Source: Mobula hypostoma (taxonomy: Eukaryota). From it: DNA of 64,000 nt. The position numbers and the translations under genes were made by a program. The stretch is from assembly GCF_963921235.1 (NCBI RefSeq), contig NC_086109.1, positions 20,958,001 to 21,022,000 on the forward strand, written 5' to 3'. Below, in pieces: positions 1-12,699 of this stretch (its first letter is position 1; each line of letters begins with the position of its first letter). A model generated the notes under the pieces. That model saw only the letters and a list, made by a program, of their open reading frames with translations. It was not told the DNA's origin and did not search any database.

Positions 1-255
1 ATGTGAGATCCTCAGTGATGTGTATGCCAACAGACAAAGCTGTTCACCCTCTCGACCCTAGATTCATTGATCAATGTCAACCTGTCAATTCCTCCAGCAA
101 TCCACAACCAGCTCCTTTGTTTTTGGACATCAGTCATGATGATGACTGCTGTAGGCTGCCTTTTATTTGTGATTAGGCCAATCAATGTAGTGTCATCAGC
201 AAAATTAGCAGATTGGAGCTGTGGGTGGCAACACAGTCATGGGTATACAGATTAA
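1..255 (-). mobile_element. Rex1/Babar-type LINE RT fragment (decayed)
   Basis: Minus strand reads THDC, FADDTTLIGLI and KTKELVVD motifs. Confidence 0.7.
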
Positions 256-257
256 AA

Positions 258-1080
258 GGAGTGTGCCACAGGGATCAAAATTGGTCTATTGTTGCTCATC
301 TATCAGAGATTTGGATAAGTAGGTGTCATGGTTAATAATTATGTGGCAGACACCAGAAAGTGGGTGGTAAAGGATTATCCAAGATTACAATAGGATCTAT
401 ATTCACTGGAACAGTGGGCCAAGCAATTGAGGATGGAATTTAACCAAATGCAAACTTTTTATTTCGGGAAGTTAATTAGGGTAGACTTGCATACAAGTGG
501 CTTAGAGTCATACAACAGAAAGCTCTAGAACAAGTACATAAAACGGTGATAAAGGCAGCATTTGGCACATTTACCATTGTCAGCATTAAGTATAGGTGTT
601 GAAATATCATGCTATGGCTGTACAGTTTGGCAAGACCATACAGAGTATCACGTACAGTTCTAGTCACCTAGCTGTAGGAAAGATGTCAACACTGGAAAGG
701 GTGCAAATAGATTCATGAGGATGTTAGCAAGCCTGGAGAGCTTAGGATATTCTCCACCACCCCCCCCCCCCCCCACCACCAGATTGCAGAGGCAGATGGG
801 CCTTTAGTTATACAAGATAATAATTAGCATGAAGTAAATTATCCTCAGGTTAGGGAGTCTACAATTAGAGGACTAGGTTTAAGGAGTAGGGAAAGATTTA
901 AAGAGGATACAAGGGACAAGTTAACAAAATGCATAATATGGAATAAACCAACAGAACTGGAAAGGGCAAATACAACAGTTCAGTCATGGACACTGTTAGG
1001 AAAAGTATAGTCCAAACACAGGCAAATTGTATTACAACAGGAAGCTATCTTAGTTACTATAGATGAATTGATACAAAGAC
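258..1080 (+). mobile_element. Old, highly decayed CR1 LINE 3' fragment
   Basis: VPQGS remnant and segments paralleling the younger CR1 at 1746-2758. Confidence 0.65.
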
Positions 1081-1579
1081 CCCCATTTTTGTGCTGCACA
1101 ATTCGGGCATTCTGCAAGTTGTTGTTCAACCTAGTCCACAGATATCCAGCCTTTTGATTTTTAACTTGAGTTGCAACTATGACACAGGTTTGGAGTTAAA
1201 TATGGCGGGTTATCTATTTAACATAATTTGGAAATGTTACTCTGGGAAACAAAAACATGGAAATGGGTTGTTCAGACCACTGTCTACAATGGTAATCAAA
1301 TGCCTACTACACTAATCCCACTTTATTCCCACCTCTCTCATCTCACCTACCAAGAGCAATTTGCTATGGCCAAATAAATTTACAACTGCCCATCAAGGAT
1401 ATGGATGAAACCTACATGGTAATAAGGTGCATATGCAAAGTTCAGCACTGGAGATCAGGATTGAACTGTCTGGTCCCTGGGTGTACAAGACAGCAGCTAC
1501 TAGCAGTGCTACTGTCCTACTTGATAGACTTTACTTTCTTTATTCAAAGGCCAATGACTGAGATTTGAAATGTGGCCAA

Positions 1580-2885
1580 AGGGCACCACAGTAGCATAAC
1601 AGCACAACACTATACAGTTCAAGGAATTGGAGTTCAATCCCAGCATTTCCGGTAAGGAGTCTCCATGTCCTCCCATTGAATGCATGGGTTTTCTCTGGAT
1701 CCTCCACTTTACTACACAGTGGAAAGACATACTGGGTAGGCTAACCCAGTATGTGGTAGAGGGAGTACATTTGGATTGGAGGGTTGTGACTAGTGGTGTC
1801 CCACAAGAATCTGTTCTGGGACCTCTACTTTTCATGATTTTTATTAACGACCTGGATGTGGGGGTAAAAGGGTGGGTTGGCAAATTTGCAGACGACAAAA
1901 AAATTTGGTGGTGGTGTAGATAGTGTAGAGGATTGTCGAAGATTGCAGAGACATTGATAGGATGCAGAAGTGGGCTGAGAAGTGGCAGATGGAGTTCAAG
2001 CTGGAGAAGTGTGAAGTGGTACACTTTGGAAGGACAAACTCCAAGGCAGAGTACAAAGTAAATGGCAGGATACTTGGAAGTGTGAAGGAGCAGAAGGATC
2101 TGGGGGAACAGGTCCACAGATCTCTGAAAGTTGCCTCACAGGTAGACAGGATAGTTAAGAAAGCTTATGGGGTGTTAGCTTTCATAAGCTGAGGGACAGA
2201 GTTTAAGAGTCACAAGGTAATGATGCAACTCTATAAAACTCTGGTTCGGCCACACTTGGAGTACTGTGTCCAATTCTGGTCGCCTCACTACAGGAAGGAT
2301 GTGGAAGCATTGGAAAGGGTACAGAGGAGATTTACCAGGATGCTGCCCGGTTCAGAGAGTATGCATTATGATCAGAGATTAAGGGAACTAGGGCTCTACT
2401 CTTTGGAGAGGAGGATGAGAGGAGACATGATAGAGGCGTACAAGATATTAAGAGGAATGGATAGAGTGGATAGCCAGCACATCTTCCCCAGGGCACCACT
2501 GCTCAATACAAGAGGACATGGCTTTAAGGTAAGGGGTGGGAAGTTCAAAGGGGATATTAGAGGAAGGTTTTTTTTTTATACTCAGAGTGGTTGGTGCATG
2601 GAATGCACTGCCTGAGTCAGTGGTGGAGGTAGATACACTAGTGAAGTTTAAGAGACTACTAGATAGGTATATGGAGGAATTTAAGGTGGGGGTTATATGG
2701 GAGGCAGGGTTTGAGGGTCAGCACATTGTGGGCCAAAGGGCCTGTACTATTCTATGTTCTAACTGGCAATTGTAAATTGTTCTGTGATTAGATCGGTTTT
2801 AAATCTGTTGGCAGGGATTGCTGGGCAGTGAAGCTCAAAAGGGCCGGTGGGACCTATTCTGCACTGCATCTCCAAACAAAATAGA
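1580..2885 (+). mobile_element. tRNA-derived V-SINE (HE1-like) split by a CR1 insertion; halves at about 1580-1745 and 2759-2885
   Basis: Box B-like GTTCAATCC in the head. The body resumes after the CR1, collinear with the uninterrupted copy at 10143-10395. Confidence 0.65.
1746..2758 (+). mobile_element. CR1 LINE, 5'-truncated (RT C-terminal half plus 3' UTR)
   Basis: [61 protein letters not shown] tail. Flanked by CTAAC repeats. Confidence 0.95.
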
Positions 2886-4699
2886 AGTACAAATGTTTTG
2901 CCCTTGTCTACCCTACACTCCATCTAGTAGAAAGATAAACTATTCAAGCTGAAGCCAAGATGAGCCCCCATAATTACCAATTACATAACCTAAAACAGCA
3001 ATTTAAGCAGCTGAGGTGTGGGATAGATCACAATGACAGGGTCGTGACAATCTCCAGCAACAAGATCAAGAAACACGAGGGATAATTTTCCCACTGTCTG
3101 CTTATTAACACCCCAACAGTCGAAGTGACATGGTTTTCATTATCTTGATCCGCAGGAAAAACCAAATGGGGCCTGATCAACCCTAGCTGAGTTGCCTGGG
3201 AAGGGTCTCAGATCTGCTGCAATAATGGTCTGAGGTGATTTACTCGTTTGGCCTGTGCATAACTGAAGTCATTCATACTATGCAATTGTACAAATTAAAT
3301 TTCATTGAAGGTCACTAATTTCATTGGTAAAAGACAACGAGAACCAGCACCCAAGGAAAACATTTGTTCACCAAGAAATACTTCACTTTAGTACAATTGG
3401 AAAGATTGCGGATAGAAGAGGCAAATGCAATTAATTTAACATCACACTGCTTGTTGACAACATGAAATAACGACAAGGAACACATTATCAGCATTTGTTT
3501 ATCCTATAGAGAATATCAGGATGCAGAAATTGTCACCCAGCAGAATTCAAATTATGAGCCAAGCCCTCAGTTTGGTTGAAATGTAACACCCATTTCCACC
3601 CACAAAAACAAATAACCCCACTCACTTCTGTAACAGGAGGTTTGCATGAATAGCATTTCTAATTCAAAGGTGTACTCAACATGCATTCACTGCACTTGTT
3701 AACTCCCTTCTAAAGTGGCCACTGAGTACCACTGCATTTCACTTGGCCAACTCCATTGTACAGCATAGAAATGGATCATTTGGCCCCAGTGCCCATCTCC
3801 AATTCCATTTGCCCGTATTAACTTCTTATCCCCATGCCCTGGCACATTTAAGTACTGTCCAGATTACCTTCATGTTCCTGTTTTCATCACTTGCTTTAGC
3901 ATTTCATTCTAGGGCACCAACTGAAAAATTCGCCCTTTAGATTAATGTTCCTTTAAATTTGTAATTACCAGTCAGCACAAGACTCTTCTGCTGTGCAATT
4001 TCCGCCCAATTTTTAGTGGAATTAAATCTAAACTACCAATTCCAGTTTGTTGTGCATTGTTTAAACAAAAAAAGGTCAATAAGAACTTTGATCTCCACTG
4101 GGTTTGATAGTTTTTGCTCTTGTTCATTTGCACTCCAAGCATACATAGCAGTCCTGTCACCAGGTAATGACTGGAGCTTTTGTCCATGTGATTCACTTAC
4201 TAAATGACACCTTAAAAGAAAAGTTTCCAAATATCACTATTTCTTCCCACTTGCAAATTCTCCAGCAACTTTTGCATTGCAACAATACATGCAGGTAACA
4301 CCACTTTGTATTATACACAATATTTCTTGTAGCTGCATGCTCCAGACCTCAGGCTTTCAGTGTAGCAGTTTCTACTGCTTCATTAAGGCATTCTGCTTTA
4401 AAAGTGGTTCTTTTGCACGTTACATCCTTTACTTCTTTGGAATTCAGTGAATCAATTGTTTCTCAATAAAAACAAAAATAAGCCAATTCTAAAATATGCA
4501 AATAATTGCAAACTCCACATTGTAAACACTATCTGCACCAAAAACCGGAAATGGGATTGCATACAATCATGAAATATAATTAACATGCCAATGAGGTAGA
4601 GGGCAGCAACGTTTTGTACACAGTTTAATTCCTTTGTGGGCTAGTAGCAAAAAGATGTGCGTGCACACCTTTAAGGGAATATTGCTTTAGATCCATATC

Positions 4700-5330
4700 A
4701 AGCCTCCTCCCTCACACCCTAAACCTAAGCTTTGTAGGTTTATGCACCCCTACCATACGGCAGACACTGGTTACCAACCTGGCACCCCAGTTTTATACAC
4801 TTGGCTTCCTTTGCTCCACAGGATAGAGCCCATCTTATCTCATCCACAAGCACAACCCCGACTCATCAAGCATCTTCCCTGCAGTGTGGCAAGCAGAGCT
4901 GCCCAGTACCCCACGTGCTGCATATGGGGTTAGGCTGCATAGCCAAAGTTCTGCCCAACTATACAAAGCCCTTTAAAAACTCAGCCAATGAAATATCATA
5001 AGCCTCCATCATCTGTTGCCACGTTCAGGGAACTTTGTACTTGTATCTCTGTTCAACAAAACTCAGTGCTGTTATTCATGCTTCTCCAACCATGACTCAA
5101 CTTACTTAACACTTCACCTAATTAAATGCCATCACCTACTTTCCCAGTTGATCAAATTTTGACAATCTTCACTGTCCACCATACCAATTTTGGTATCATG
5201 CCACTTCCGTTGTCATCCGATTCTTGTTATGACACCACAGGCCTCTTATTCAAGTGAACCATCCACCTACACAATTTTCCATCATTCTGGAGCAATGTTC
5301 TAGTTTCTGGACAAGCCTACCACATGGAGA
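4700..5330 (-). mobile_element. Decayed CR1 fragment
   Basis: Reverse-complement similarity to the EYCVQFWSPHY region and RT segments of other CR1 copies. Confidence 0.6.
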
Positions 5331-6034
5331 CCATGACTGCAGATGCTAAAATTTGAGTACAATCCGCTGAAGGATTGGAGTTGAGCAGCAGCTGGAGAAA
5401 GGAACCATCACCATTTTAGAACCAAACACCAGGACTGAGGGGTATAACTTGACACCCTGCATACAGTTTGCAAAGACCAGGTAATGGCCATCCTGAGGGA
5501 TGACAAATCTTCCTTTTGGTTCCATCAGGTCCCCCACCTCGAGTACTTTGGCAACTATACTAGTGCAGCTTCCTACATTGAACTCATTACTTCTGGCAGT
5601 TTCTACCTTGCTCACTTTCACATGATCCACAAATTATGCTACCCTTTCTGAATCTGTCACACAAGATTGATGGAGCAATACCGTTACAAGCTCACATTGA
5701 CCACATTTTCAACTTATTCAAGGACTAGTACATTTACATCTTCCCCAGTTACGAGACGAGCCTCATTACACCAGTGCTGCAAAGGGGTCTTAACCCGTGG
5801 CTTTTTGATCACAAAATGCATTTTGCACACAAGTTCTTCATTTCAAAGCTTTTACATCTGAAGCAGAAATACTGCACATACACACACAGATTCTTCAGTC
5901 CACCAACTTGCTAATCAACCACATTTGCACCTACATAAAATTGTGAAGATTGAACCCAAATCTCTGGTGATGGCACAGCAACTCTAAAAGACAAGGCATA
6001 AGAGGAAATTAGACCATTCAATCACAACTTGATT

Positions 6035-6242
6035 ATCCCTCGAGGAAATTTATAGATGCTGAAAATTTGAGCAACACATACAAAATGCTGGGGAAATTCG
6101 GAAGGCCAGGCAGCATCTACAGGGGGAAAAAGCACACCTAGGGTTTTGGCCTGAAAAATGTTGACTGCACTTCTTTCTCTTCCCCCACCCCCCCGACCCC
6201 CATAGATGCTGCCTGGCCTGCTGAGTTCCTCCAGCATTTTGA
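6035..6242. mobile_element. Inverted-repeat (hairpin) non-autonomous Penelope-like terminus
   Basis: AAAATGCTGGGGAAATTCGGAAGGCCAGGCAGCATCTA ... TAGATGCTGCCTGGCCTGCTGAGTTCCTCCAGCATTTT. Confidence 0.8.
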
Positions 6243-6249
6243 TTATCCT

Positions 6250-6660
6250 TCAACCCTATTCTACTACCTTCTCTCTACAACCTTTGGCATCCTTTGAATT
6301 AAGAACCTATCAACGTCTGCTTCAAATATATTTAATGACTTGACCTTTACAGCTGCCTGTGACAATGAATTCAAATTCACCATCCTTTGGCTAAATAAAT
6401 TCTCCCTCATCTGTCCCAACAGGTACTTTCCTATTCTGAGACTACCCTTCGATCCTTTACTCCCCACTATAGGAAATGCCGTCACCACATTCTATCTAGA
6501 TCCTTTAATATTTGATGAGATATTCAATGAGATCTCCCCTGCCCCACCTTCTAAACTCCAAGTCTACAGCCAAATTCTTCTCATACATCAACTCTTTAAT
6601 TTGCAGGATTCTTCTCAGGAACCTCCGGATGCCTGCACATCCTTTCTTAGATAAAGGCCC
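6250..6660 (-). mobile_element. CR1 3' fragment
   Basis: FSQRMVNL.NSL motif (track ORF 6264-6488), typical of the CR1 ORF2 C-terminus. Confidence 0.75.
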
Positions 6661-7059
6661 AGGCTGCACGAAGCTTTAATGAATGCAGTAAGGAAATAAT
6701 GAAATAGGTTTGTAAATGGAATTCTGCAAAGAGCAACCCTGGTTCACACCTCATTCAACTTTTTCCAGCTCTGAGAATCGTCACAGATATTAGCCATTTT
6801 GTGCACTGTTGCATTTCTATAATTTTAGAAATATAGAAATAGGTTGTGAATATTCACAAGCCAATGGCAAGCTGTTGGCCATAACTGGTCCATTCAACTG
6901 GAACTGGTTTTACCAGTTCAAGCAGATGCAGGGCAAAATAGTTTTGTGCTGTAAATAAATCAGTTAGATTTGGTGCTTAAGTTCTATTTCAAATATTTAC
7001 ACATGCAAAATCTTGAACAAAGTAAAGAAACCTTTACTGCAATTTCAATTACAGGCACA

Positions 7060-8091
7060 GTTTAAAGTGTTCCATTGAATTTATTTCTAGTTTTTTTTTA
7101 AAACATTTGGTAAGTGCCAACTGTCTGAATGTTGTAACCAGGATGAAAGCAAAATGATTTTGCACTGAAGTCACATCATTGGTTATTGCATACAAGAGAG
7201 ACATGCTAGCTGTGCAGGCTGCAGAGAACCAGAGCAAATGTATAGGAACATTCTTTGGGTAAACTGCTTCAGCAGCTTGTCTAGCAATTGATTAACAAGG
7301 CAATTACAAGTCTACTGTACAAAGGGAGCAGAGCCTCTGAGCAATTGTAATTATAACTGTTCAGAAGTGTAGCCAGTCACCACAAAACTCAAAAACATGG
7401 TTACAACTGTAAACCTTTAGGATAGGTGCTTGCAATCAGGTATTGACAGTTAGCATTTTATATAAATCAGCTTCAATACAAATGGATCTCAATACAATAA
7501 ATCTACAAGATCAGATGCTTAACGGAATGCAATTATACAAAAGCCATTACACTACCATTCACAGGAGTCCATTGCACTACTGCGAGATTGGCTTGCGATG
7601 CTTAGAATGGAGAGAAAAATGTAAAGTGTAGAGAAGGTTTTGAAAACTATTTCAGCAAATAGTAAAAGGCTACAGAATAAAATGTTTACACAAACTAATT
7701 CATGCTTTGTATCAAATGTTCAAGTTAATGGAACTATGCAGAAAAGTTGTGTTTGACACTATGGTTACCTTGTTTTATAATGAATTTATAACAATGAAGA
7801 TACCCAAATGGTATCATATCCCACCCCCTTTTCCCCCATCCCCTGATCATACAGTACTTAAACCCACACTGTCATGAGGTGCTGGTGTTCATGGTCAGGT
7901 CAACACTAAACTCCTCCCATTGCCCTATTTCAGATACTAAGCATTACACAGCAAGTCAAAGGCTCAGACTAAAGTGTTTGAAAAGTAGCCATTCGGAAAC
8001 CAGGGGAAGAGCAAGTCTCCATATACTGTGTAAATAGTTGATAAATGTTATTACGTCTAATACAGTACATGCGATAGTATGCATTAGATCC
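7060..8091 (-). other. RHOC: Probable RHOC 3' UTR with AATAAA at 7080-7085
   Basis: About 1 kb of AT-rich sequence without recognisable repeats after the stop; AATAAA on the minus strand. The true 3' end is not established. Confidence 0.6.
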
Positions 8092-8277
<186 letters not shown>

Positions 8278-10142
8278 TCATGCATTAGCAAGCACTGATC
8301 AAAGCTAAGCTAATCACTAATACTACATTATAAAGCAAGTATCACTACAACTAATAGCCTTGTTAAACCTGCATGTGGAAGCTTTGACCAAGTGAGATTC
8401 AGCAAGCTGAAATGGAAGTGTGGCATTTTTGCAGAACTAGAGGTTTGCCAAAAATGGATTGTAGGAAGTAAAGTGCAATATAGCCATGGATGGATTCAAC
8501 TGGGGATATCGCCCCCAATAACAATTATATTCTGGTTTCGCCAATTCTCTCTTTTTTTGAGAGGGGAGGTGGTTTGGGGGTCTCCATTTTTGTGTCTTGG
8601 TTTTTGGATAGGGAGGAGTTTTGAGGACCAATGTTCTTGTTTTGAGGGGGAGGGGGTTTTGGTGGGGGTAGCTGTTCTTGGGTGATTAGTTTTGTGCAGG
8701 GAGTTCTGGGAAGGGGTTGATGTGTTTTGTGGAGAGGGGGCTTGGGGGTTGTGTTACTGTTTTTTGTGTGGGGGTGGGTTTGATGTTTCTTTGAACGACT
8801 CCATGGTTTTTCTTTGTTTCATGGTTATCTGGAGAGGACTGATCTTAGAGTTGTATACTGCATTAAGTACTTTGATAATAAATGGACCTTTGAACCTTTT
8901 GCTGGACTAGAAGCTCATGTCAACCAACATGGACGATGAAACATAGCAAAATCAAGACTGTCACGCACAAGATTTCAACCCAGTGTTCTCCAACAGAAAA
9001 ATGCCAGCTACACTATTCCTCTTGCACAATGTAATAATGGATTGCACTTTGAAGGACCAAGTTGAGTCTTATTTCATCAAGCAAACACCCACAGATGGCA
9101 TAAAGAACTTGTCCATCTTGATAAAGCAATGCCAAAATCCCACCATTCTAGAAAAAAAATTGATAAACCTGATCTCTCCACCAATAATCCCACTGCCAAG
9201 CAAATAATGGAAGCAATTCTATGCATACAGTATATGGTACGATATATAGGAGCATTTAATTCACTCATTGCATTCCATCTAAGCAGCCTTAAATTTATTC
9301 TACAACATCCTTCTAAGCAGCTGTTTCAGCTTATTCACAAAAAAAGATAAAAATAAACTAATGCAAGGACAAGAAAGATGCTTTGACAAAGATAAGTCAG
9401 TTTGAAGACCAAATTGCTTCAGAAGACTAGCATATCAGATACATATGCAGAACTACAAGAGGGAAGAGTTGCTAGTATCAGATTACAAAATCTAGATGCA
9501 CTTCCTTGAACACAAAGCAAGTCAATTTTAGCTCAACTGGGAGGGAAAGTGCCTGCAGCAAATAAATAGCGGGGGTGGAGCAAACATCCTGTTGTACTAG
9601 TCTTAAAATAGCATAATTCAATTCAGAGGTCTGAAATTAAAAATGAGACTTCCATTCAAACAAAATTTTCACTCAATTTAGAAGCATGAGATTGGGTCAT
9701 TTACCACACTAGCACAGCAGTTAGCGAAATGCTGTTGCAGCACCAGCAACCCTTGTTCAATTCCCACCGCTGAAAGGAATCTGCACACTGACCATGTTGA
9801 CTTTTTCTAGGTGCTTTGGCTTCCTTCCACATTCCAAAAACACAGGTTAGTAGGTTAATTGGTCAAATGGGTGTAACTGGGCTTGTTGGGCTCCAAAATC
9901 TGTTTAGAAATTGCTGCATAGAGTAATTTAATGGTTGGGGACAATAAAAAATACAAGCTTCCATCTTCAAAGACAATTAAACTTCAAAGTTAGGTCTTAT
10001 AGACTAGGAAATCAAGAGGAGACAAGCAGCAAGCATTGTCACATCTGCTGCAAAGTAGAAAAATGGAGGCAGATGAGCAGAACTGGCAAAAGCTCAAAAT
10101 TAAACATGCACAAAAGTCAACTTGGCAGATCAATGGGAAAGG

Positions 10143-10395
10143 ATGGCACAGTAAGTGGTTAGCACACTTTACAATACCAGCAACACAAGTTAATTTCCTA
10201 CTGTTGTCTAAGGAGTTTTATTATCCCCATGACTGCCTGTGTTTCCTTTGGATGCTCTGGTTTCCTCCCACATTCCAAAGACTTTCCGGCTGGCAGGCTA
10301 ATTCTCATTGTAATTTGCCCTGTGATTTAGGCAAGGGTTTAAAAAAAATAAATCGGGTTGCTGGGCGATATCCTGCACTAAACCTCAATAAATAG
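10143..10395 (+). mobile_element. V-SINE (HE1-like); related copies at about 9700-9900, 38718-39000, 42900-42990, 51010-51210(-), 53300-53600(-), 60885-61205
   Basis: tRNA-like head GGCACAGTA.GTGGTTAGCAC and core GGATGCTCTGGTTTCCTCCCACATTCCAAAGAC. Confidence 0.75.
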
Positions 10396-11199
10396 TGGAT
10401 TATGCCTTGCAGCAACTCTTTCAATCTCATCCCATTTCTTGCCCTTCCCATTTAATTCTTAACTGGCAAAATATGGAGAAACACAAGTTCCGCCTTTGAA
10501 GCATAAATACAGATTAGATTGATCAAGTGTCCAAGCTACTGACCACAAATTTTGCAATTCTTTAAATGTTCAAAGGCAATGCAAATACTTTGTTTCTGCA
10601 CTTCCTTCTCTGGATATTTTGTATAGCCACTGTAACTAATGCCCTGAACAAAGTCTGGAAAATGGGCAAATTTGTGTTAATGTTTGGGATAGATAGATGA
10701 ATGCTAATAAACAGACCCACGGACTCATTTTCTCAATAACAGTTTTAAATAGTGGAGTCAAATTTGAACAAAATCAGATTCAAATAGATTCATTTGAATG
10801 ATGTGAATAGGGGAAATGGTCACAAACATTGGAAATCTTTCAATCAAAGGAGAAACCGAGGGAATAGAGTCAGCATTTAAAGAACAAAAGGCAGCAAATA
10901 CACTTAACTTTTCAGTAAAATCCAAATACCATTAAGCTTTATAATCACACTCATAAGTGCAACAGCAGTAATAAGTTAGATACCTATATAAAATTCAGAA
11001 TAATTAACTCCATGGAGTGGGTAGGGTTTAGCAAAACAGTAATTGACCCGACCTCTGGTCTAGAGCAAAGTTTTGCTGAATTACTGTGATAAAAAAGGTT
11101 TTTAAATCATAAAACCAATCACCCAAGTCCAATGCATCTTGGGGTAGGCTTCAAGTCAGAAGGCTGGCCAATTTTTAAATCACCTTGCCTTGATGTTAA

Positions 11200-12197
11200 T
11201 AGCAACACTCAACAAGCTGGAGGAACTCAGCAGGTTGGGCAGCATCTGTGGAAACAAACAGTCAACATTTCGGGACCGAACCCTTTGTCAGGACTGAAGA
11301 GGGAAGTGGCAGAGGCCCTATAAAGGTGGGGGAGGGTGGGAAGGCAGCTGGTAGGTTCCAGGTGGAAAACCAGCAAGGGGAAAGATAAAGGGGTGGGGGA
11401 GGGGATAGGCAGGAAAGGTGAAGGAATAGGGGAAAGCACAATGGGTAGTAGGAGGCAGAACCATGAGGGAGGTAGTAGGCAGCTGGGGGAAGGGGCAGAG
11501 TGAAATTGGGATAGGAGAAGGGAGGGAGAGGGAATTACTGGAAGTTGGGAGAATTCAATGTTCATACCAAGGGGCTGGAGACTACCTTGATGGTATGAGG
11601 TGTTGCTCCTCCAACCTGAGTTTAGCCTCATGATGGCAGTAGAGGAGGCCATGTATGGACATAACCGAATGGGAATGTGAAGCAGAGTTGAAGAGGGTAG
11701 CAACTGGGAGATCCTGTCTGTTGTGGCAGACAGAGCGGAGGTGCCCGACGAAGCGGTCCCCCAATCTGCGTCAGGTTCCACTGATGTAGAGGAGGCCACA
11801 CTGGGAGCACCGGATGCAATAGATGACCCCAAAAGACTCAAGTGAAGTGTTTCCTCACCTGGAAGAACTGTTTGGGATCCGGAATGGTGGCAAGAGGTGC
11901 AGGGACAGGTGTAGCACTTACGCTTACAGGGATAAGTGCTGGGTGGGAGATCCATGGGGAGGGATGTGTGGACCAGGGAGTAGCGGAGGGAATGATCCCT
12001 GCGGAAAGCAGAGAGGGAAAGATGTGCTTAGTGGTGGGGTCCTGTTGAAGGTGGTGGAAGTTGTGGAGGATAATGTGCTGGATCTGGAGGCTGGTGGGGT
12101 GGTAGGTGAGGACAAGGGGAACTCTGTCCCTGTTCTGGTAGTGGGAGGATGGGGTGAGGGCCGAAGTGTGGGAAATGGAGATGCAGGTGAGGTTGAT
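11200..12197 (-). mobile_element. Penelope-like retroelement, 5'-truncated (linker, GIY-YIG endonuclease, 3' terminus), in RHOC last intron
   Basis: RDRVPLVLTYHPTSLQIQHII, KQFFQVRKHFT, frameshifted VIYCIRCSQCGLLYI and GDRFVGHLRSV. Confidence 0.92.
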
Positions 12198-12699
12198 TAT
12201 TAATAGTTTCAGGTATACATTGAGATCTGTTTGAGTGGGATCCAAGCTGCACCACTTGCACATAAAAGTTTTGGAAAAAAAGAGCAATAAATTCAAGCCA
12301 CAATGATTATTTCATCTAGCCTGCTGTTGTGCCTTTTTCCAATTAGACTGGCTTAACATTGCAGAATAACTGAAAAAAATGTAGAAAGTATAGTTACATT
12401 GAACAAGGCTACCCCTTGTTCAGGAAGTACAAGTTAAACAGTAATTAGAAAGGAATTGGACACTGAAAAATCAACCCCATTACTTAAAATGACAGATGAA
12501 TTGCACCCATTGAAAATGTAAAACAGAGGTTAGGATTTGAAGTGCACAAAATTAGAGGCTTTAAGAAATATGTCCACCTAGAATTAAATTGGCAATGTTG
12601 TAAAAACCTTGAATTTACTAAAATCATTAAAAATTTTTTTTAAATCACAGGCCTAGAAAACGCGCAATTCATATACATGACAGCAGACCATCGCTGTAG

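Noticed and set aside
4590..4690. TAGAGGGCAGCA (CTCF-like) next to a TAAGGGAATATTG hAT-like end
   Set aside because: The CTCF 5' half is a poor match and the partner TIR was not located.
2900..6000. Search for MOV10 3' exons, expected tail-to-tail with RHOC from human synteny; exon-like + strand stretch near 5350-5480 and AATAAA near 4466
   Set aside because: No helicase motifs such as RFNVA.TRAK were recognised in any frame I read.
8380..8900. G/T-rich segment with ORFs near the RHOC last exon
   Set aside because: Looks like unclassifiable LINE 3' remnants; no support for a gene.
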